Positions 57,243 through 64,000 of a stretch of DNA of 64,000 nucleotides are shown piece after piece; positions within the stretch are counted from its first letter, which is position 1, and each line of letters begins with the position of its first letter. Below the pieces are notes generated by a model. The model was not told the DNA's origin and searched no databases. It saw only the letters and a program-made list of their open reading frames with translations. The position numbers and the translations under genes were made by a program. The stretch lies in the NCBI RefSeq assembly GCF_009914755.1, contig NC_060944.1. One strand, 5' to 3'. The stretch is from the human T2T-CHM13v2.0 reference genome, Homo sapiens.

Positions 57243-58573
57243 TGGGTGCACCTGCCTTGTCTCTCCCAGGCCACTGTGAAGCTCCACGGAAGGTCCTGGG
57301 GCAATAAGATAGTACACTGCCAGCTCTTCCCCAACTCATCACCCTCCCATCCTTGCAGACACACACTCTGAACCATGTCTCAAATGGCCATGACTCCCAA
57401 ATGCCAGACCAATAACGTGTTTGCATTTTCACTGGTCCATCATGAAATGAATGAGAAAAAACAGGGACAATGGAATGAGATTTGTATAAAGCTAAATTGA
57501 TTCCATTTAAAGGATGATGGTGATTTACTTTCCTACTTAAACTCTCTCATGGCTTCCCAGGGCACTTAGCATAAAGCCCAGCCTCCTCTTCCTGACAAGG
57601 TCTGCTCCCAGAGTGGCTCCTGCCACCCCCTCACTCAGCCACAGCCTTCCTGGGATGCTCTCTTTCTCCAGCACACCAAACCCCTTGCCTCTTTAGAGTT
57701 CTTTGGATTTGTAGTCTCTTTCTCCTGGAATGTTCTTCCTCTAGTTCTTTACAAAGCTGCGATCTCTCATCTTGATCTCAACTCCTATCGCCACCTGCCT
57801 GGAGACTTTTCCTGACTGCCTCCAAGGCCACAGGCACATCCATCTCCGTGTCAGCATCCATCACCTCCTGCTGTTTGCTTGTCCTCAGCATCTGACACTG
57901 TATTTATGCTGATTTGTTTCTTTACTGGATGGCCTCTGCTGCCCAAATGTGAAATCTATGAGGGCAGAGACCTTGCCCGGACTAGTGCAGTCCCTTCCTC
58001 CCTGGTCTCCAGCTTCCCAGCCCTCAGCATGCACGGTGAGATGGATCCTCCTAGAATACAAGTTAAACCATGGCCCTTCTCTGCCCAGAGCCTTCCGTGG
58101 CTGCTGGCCACACTGCCTCCCTCCTGCTCCTAGAACCTGCCCCAGAGCTTCCCATCTTCACATTTGCCATTGCATCTCTCCAGAACATTCTTTCCTCAGA
58201 TGCCCCAGTGGTTTGCTCCTCTCATTTCCATCGAGTTTCTGTTCAAAGCTCCCCCAGGGAGGCCATTCCTGCTCACTCTCTTTCAAATCTCACTTCCCAT
58301 CTCCTGACTCCTTTATTCTTCTCCAAAGCACTTATCTCCATTTGAACTGCTTTATATTTTACTTATTTGCCTCATTTCTTACAGTTTCTCCCATGAGAAT
58401 GTCAGCGCCGTGAAGACAGGGATATATCATTTTTTTGGTCTGTGTTACTCACTGCCGGGTCCTGTTGTCTAGAACAGTGCCTGGTACAATGAGAGGTGCT
58501 CAAAATATTTACTTAAAAAGTGCATAACAGCTTTCTTGAGGTATAATTCATATATCATAAAATTTGCCCACAT

Positions 58574-58882
58574 GACCAGGAACAGCAGCTCACACCTATA
58601 ATCTTAGCACTTTGCGAGGCTGAGGAGGGAGGATCATTTGAGCCCAGGAGTTTGAGACCAGCCTGGGCAACATGGCAAAACCCCCCTCTATCAAAATATA
58701 CAAAAACAAAAATTAGCCAGGCAGGCATGGTGGCTCAGGCCTGTAGTCCCAGCTACTCAGGAGGCTGAGGTGGGAGGATAGCTAGAGCCTGAGAGGCAGA
58801 GGTTGCAGTGAGCTGAAATCACACCACTGCACTCCAGCCTGGGTGACAAAGTGTGACCCCTGTCTCAAAAAAAAAAAAAAAA
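58574..58882 (+). mobile_element. AluJ within an antisense L1M fragment (about 58525-59270)
   Basis: Dimer. TSD-like AAATT(T)GCCCA. Confidence 0.9.
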
Positions 58883-59931
58883 ATTGCCCATTTACTAGTA
58901 CATTCACAGAATTTCACAACCATCACAGTGATCCATTTTAGTAGGTTTCATTAGTGGTCACTCCCTACTTCTCCCTATTTCCCCATCCCTGGAAACCACT
59001 AGCCAACTTCATGTCTCTATAGATTTGCCTATTCTGGACATTTCATGTACATTCAGTCCTATAATAAGTGGCCTTTTGTGACTGGCTTTTTTCTCTTAGC
59101 ATAATATTTTCAAGGCTCATTTGTGTTGTAGCATATGTCAGTACTTGATTCCTTTTTATTGACAAATATTATTCCATTGGAATGGGGGATACATCACATT
59201 TTGCTTATCCATTTATCAGTTGGTGGACATCTGGATTGTTTCCACCTTTTGGGCTATTCAATATAGACTTTTGAGTGAGTGGTTGTGTTAATTCCAATAT
59301 AAAACCTACCTTTCTGCTTTAGGGGTATTAAAATATCCTTTCATAAGCTGACAGTAGGAGTAAATGTATTTCTTAATGTCCTTACCTGGCAAAATAAAAC
59401 ACTGGGTCTTTCTGTTGACTTTAATGGTACAAGGGTATGAAAGGCCAAAGTCTTGGAGCTGCAGATCACTAGGACCTGGGTTATAACAAAGGCTAGGTCA
59501 GCGGCTCAGGGAAGCCAAGCCCTGTCCCTCTGGCCCTGCCATGTGGTTCAGACCATGACTGGTAAACAAGAGAGCATAACGCAGCACTTCTCAAACTGGG
59601 GTATGGTACCCCTCTGAGGGCACATACTGATGTCCTGAAGAGAAAGACTACATTTCCCAGCCTCCTGTCTGTCCAGCAAGCTGTGGTCATGTGATTGAGT
59701 TCTGACCAATGGGATGAATGCAGGGGTTTTTCTCTTCTTTGCTTCACCCTCTTTCCTGCTGGGTGGAATGTGGACAAAATGGCTGGAGCTTAAGCAGCCA
59801 TAACGGCCCCTGAGGTGGAAACCACTGGTTACAGATGCTAGAGGGTCCAGAAAGGAGGGAACCTCATGATTGTGGAGATGTCACACCACCTCTGGCCTCC
59901 CGTATCTGCTTGAAAGAGAAAAAAAAAATGT

Positions 59932-60234
<303 letters not shown>

Positions 60235-60595
60235 CCTGTGGTATTGAATGAAAGCATGTTAATATATAACATGTTGCTATGTTACTTTGAGAAGTCTGTC
60301 ACTCACTGCCAAATCCCATCCCACCTGATGTGCCTCCATGACCTCCTCACAGATGAGGAAACTGACGTGAGGCACATCTGCCCTGGGATATTATTTCTAT
60401 ACAAAGATTTGAGAGAAAAAACCAAATTTCTCTTTTTATTTCTCCCAAGGCTTATTTAATCCATTTCACCCCTTCTTTTTTATTTTAACATGAATGCATG
60501 CATTCTGGTGAAGGATGGACAGCATCCGGTGAATTTTAAAGAGAGCTTTTGTGTTGTCTGCTTGTTACCAGGGTCTACCCCAAAGTCCTCTAATG

Positions 60596-61131
60596 CGGCA
60601 GTCCCCAACCTTTTTGGCACCAGGGACTGATTTCATAGAAGACAATTCTTCCAGCGACCCAGGGGTGGGGGTGGGAGGTATGGTTTCAGGATGGTTCAAG
60701 TGCATTACGTTTATTGTGCACTTTATTTATATTATTATTACATTGTTTGAAATAGTGAGATAATTATACAACTCACCATAATGTAGAATCAGTGGGAGCC
60801 CTGAGCTTGTTTTCCTTCAGCTAGATGGTCCCATCTGGGGGTGATGGGAGACAGTGATAGATGACCAGGCATTAGATTCTCATAAGGAGTGCGAAACCTA
60901 GATTCCTCGCCTGTGCAGTTCACAATAGGGTTCGCCCTCCTATGAGAATCTAATGGTGCCACTGATCTGACAGGAGGTGGAGCTCAGGCAGTAATGTGAG
61001 TGATGGGGAGTGGCTGTAAATGTAGATGAAGCTTTGCTCACTCACTCGCCATTCACCTCCTGTTGTGCAGCCCATTTCTTAATAGGCCAAGGACCTATAC
61101 TGATCCGTGGCCCAGGGGTTGTGGACCCCTG
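60596..61131. mobile_element. MER1A (hAT-Charlie), full length
   Basis: TIRs cggcagtccccaacc / ggttgtggacccctg. Perfect 8-bp TSD CTCTAATG at 60588-60595 and 61132-61139. Confidence 0.92.
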
Positions 61132-61507
61132 CTCTAATGGGTACCCAGTCCCTCTGCTGCCAGCCGGAGGATCACTGAAAGAAAGATCCTGAACACTGTC
61201 TCAGGCAGCAGAGGGTCCTGCATTTGAATTCCAGGTCTATTACCTCTTAGCCACACGTTCTCGGGCAAACCACTTCACCTCTCTGACCCTCAGTTTCTTT
61301 CTCTGTAAAAACGGGGATACTCATCTATGCCTTGGAGGGTGGGTAAAGGTGTGACTCAGTTCTGTCTGTGAGAGGCCTGGGCCCACAGCAAGGGACAGAG
61401 TAGATGCTCTGTGCTCTCCTGTCCCAAGAGCTGACCTCACCATTCCAGGCACGGCCAATGCCCTCCATCAGAATCACACTCAGAGGCAGTTCCACAAACA
61501 AAGATGG

Positions 61508-61617
61508 TTTAATAGATTTCAGCATGTTTCCACTTGACAATGTTATACGAAAATAGAATCTTTATTAAAATAGCAAGGCATAACAATCACTGCTACTCAG
61601 GAAACACTGTGTTTATT
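61508..61617 (-). terminator. PTGIS: Cluster of minus-strand polyadenylation signals
   Basis: ATTAAA (61513-61508), AATAAA (61566-61561) and AATAAA (61617-61612) within 110 bp. Confidence 0.65.
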
Positions 61618-62029
61618 CTTTTTAATCATCAAAATCAATGACTTTGGGCAAGACCTGTGAAATCTCAGAGCCTGTTTCTCCATCTGGAGAACAGGCAGGT
61701 AGGGCATTGCCAGCTCCCTGTGAGTGGGGGCCACTGGTGGGAGGAGATGGCCCTGGTCGCCCATGGGATGAGAAACTTACTCCTGCTTCTGTCCCTGGAG
61801 AAGGTCAGGGAGATGCCAGTGTGGCCTTAAGGCAATTCTAACACTTGCTTATCTCGTTTTGTAACAGAGAAGAGAGAGCTCTCAGCCTTGGCCACACCAG
61901 CATGGAGCCCCCTTCCCCAGCGAATTTATTTTTCATGGTCACTTTCTATTTTTGGCAGTGAGTGATACATGTTATCCACTATTGGCAGCAATTGGGGGGA
62001 AAAAAAGTTCATTTTAAAAACAAAGTTTA

Positions 62030-62345
<316 letters not shown>

Positions 62346-62458
62346 TTAAAGGAGAATATTTGGTAAACAACAATATTAAAATATAGCAAATAATAGTAAC
62401 AATAATCACAATGGTAAGGAAACACTTCATTAGATCAACTTAAGAGTATTTTATTCTT

Positions 62459-62757
62459 GGCTGGGCGCGGTGGCTCACACCTGTAATCCCAGCACTTTGG
62501 GAGGCCGAGGCGGGCAGATCACGAGCTCAGGAGATCAAGACCATCCTGGCTAATACGGTGAAATCCCATCTCTACTAAAAATCCAAAAATTAGCCGGGTG
62601 TGGTGGCGGGTGCCTGTAGTCCCAGCTACTCAGGAGGCTGAGGCAGGAGAATGGTGTGAACACGGGAGGCAGAGCTTGCAGTGAGCCGAGATCACGCCAC
62701 TGCACTCTAGCCTGGGCAGCAGAGCGAGACTCCATCTCAAAAAAAAAAAAAAAAAAA
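62459..62757 (+). mobile_element. AluY-like (antisense in the putative PTGIS 3'UTR)
   Basis: gagatcaagaccatcctggctaa..cggtgaaa. TSD AAGAGTATTTYATTCTT. Confidence 0.94.
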
Positions 62758-63984
62758 GAGTATTTCATTCTTGCCACTGAGCTTAAAAAGAAAGAAAGAA
62801 AGAAAGAGTATTCCTAACATATGTCCAGTAATTTTGATTCTTAAGCAAGGGATGAAGAAATACAATGGCATCCAGGTAACTTCCTAACTAGCGCATAGCA
62901 GGTAGCTAACCCACTCATCTCTCCCTCTTTTCTTTATAGCTTCTATTTTTTTTAAAGAGAAAAATAACGATTAAAACAAGGGCAGGTTTAAATAATCGTC
63001 TCCTGAGCTGCACTTCAGTATCTCAGGTAACAGCTGGAGCTGCCTGGTGGGAGCACATCTTTTCCTTGAGTGTAATTCACTAATGACTGTGGTTCCAAGG
63101 AGGTGCGACCTTTAAAGGGAATTGGCCCTTCTTTGAAGGCAGGTGAGAATCTAGTCTCAGTGACAACCCAGCCTGATTTGGAAGGGGGGAGTCATAAGGG
63201 TTTTCGCCCAGCACACCAGGGTTGCAGCCTGCGCAAGACCTTCCATAGCTATTTCTGCCGGCTTGCTTCCTTCCCTTCCCAGCCACGATGAGGCAGCTGA
63301 GGGTTGCCACGGAAACCGGCTCTGTCCTCCCACTGGAGGCTGCCAGCTCTGATTTCCTGCAGAGTTAAGAAGGAGGCGGCAGTGGGGGTCACCCAGGCGT
63401 GAAGATGGGTTTCCCTGGGGATATCCTGCCTCCTGCCAATCACAGCGTCTCTCTGGGAATCCTGGGGGTGCCTGGAGGCTGAGGCCCAGGGAAGCCCCCA
63501 AACCCCAGTGCTGCTCTGAGAAGAGACTAGCCTCTGGGACATTCAGAGGTCTGGGGTTCTTTTATCTCCCTCCAGCTAAAGCTAGAGGGACCTCATTATG
63601 TGTCTTACAAGATGTACCCAAGTTTAGGTGCCTCTGGCTCTGTCAGCTCCTGAAGTCGAGAAGAATTGTCCCATCACCAGTCCCCTTGAGCCCAAAGAAC
63701 AGGAGTTGCTCATCCAGCATTTGCTCCTGGGACAGTAAATCTGCCTGCAGAGTTCTACAGCTTATGAGCTATGTGGCCCCAGGCAAGTCACCTCACCTCT
63801 CAGTTTTCTCATCTATGAAGTGGGCACAACCCTCCTTCTCTTCATAGAGATGCTGTGAGGAGTAGACATACTGTCTGTAGGGTCTCTCGCAGGCATTTAA
63901 AGGGTCTCAATAAACAGGACTTTATATTAATAAAAATAGCATCATAAAAAAGGTTTGCAGGCCATTTTTCTCTTTAAGCTGTTT

Positions 63985-63990
63985 TTTATT
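63985..63990 (-). terminator. PTGIS: Candidate proximal poly(A) signal AATAAA
   Basis: Plus strand tttatt in an AT-rich context, with T-rich sequence downstream on the minus strand. Confidence 0.4.
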
Positions 63991-64000
63991 TTAATTAATT

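Overview
Primate (almost certainly human) genomic DNA at the KCNB1 (Kv2.1 voltage-gated K+ channel) 5' end. The only protein-coding sequence is KCNB1 coding exon 1 on the minus strand (40096..39530, 567 nt, Met1-Lys189, T1/BTB tetramerisation domain, GTGAGT donor). Positions 1-39529 are the 5' part of the large intron that follows it. A CpG-island promoter spans about 39.6-42.2 kb, followed by about 19 kb of repeat-dense intergenic DNA. The last ~2.5 kb is most likely the distal 3'UTR and poly(A) region of the neighbouring minus-strand gene PTGIS; that identity comes from remembered gene order, not from coding sequence in the window. The rest is 26 Alu-family copies plus L1, L2, MIR, MaLR/ERVL LTRs and hAT/Tigger fossils. 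I find no new multi-gene system. The best leads are regulatory: (i) two tandem non-canonical, wide-spacer REST/RE1 sites in the KCNB1 promoter; (ii) a 5'UTR layout in which a 14-nt ATG-containing micro-exon and an 84-nt optional intron would convert a 7-codon uORF into an ORF that overlaps Met1 and stops on Met5; (iii) two cryptic, highly diverged intronic minisatellites (24 bp and 21 bp periods) rich in nuclear-receptor half-sites; (iv) a ~100-bp local templated duplication. Repeat subfamily names and boundaries were assigned by eye and are approximate.
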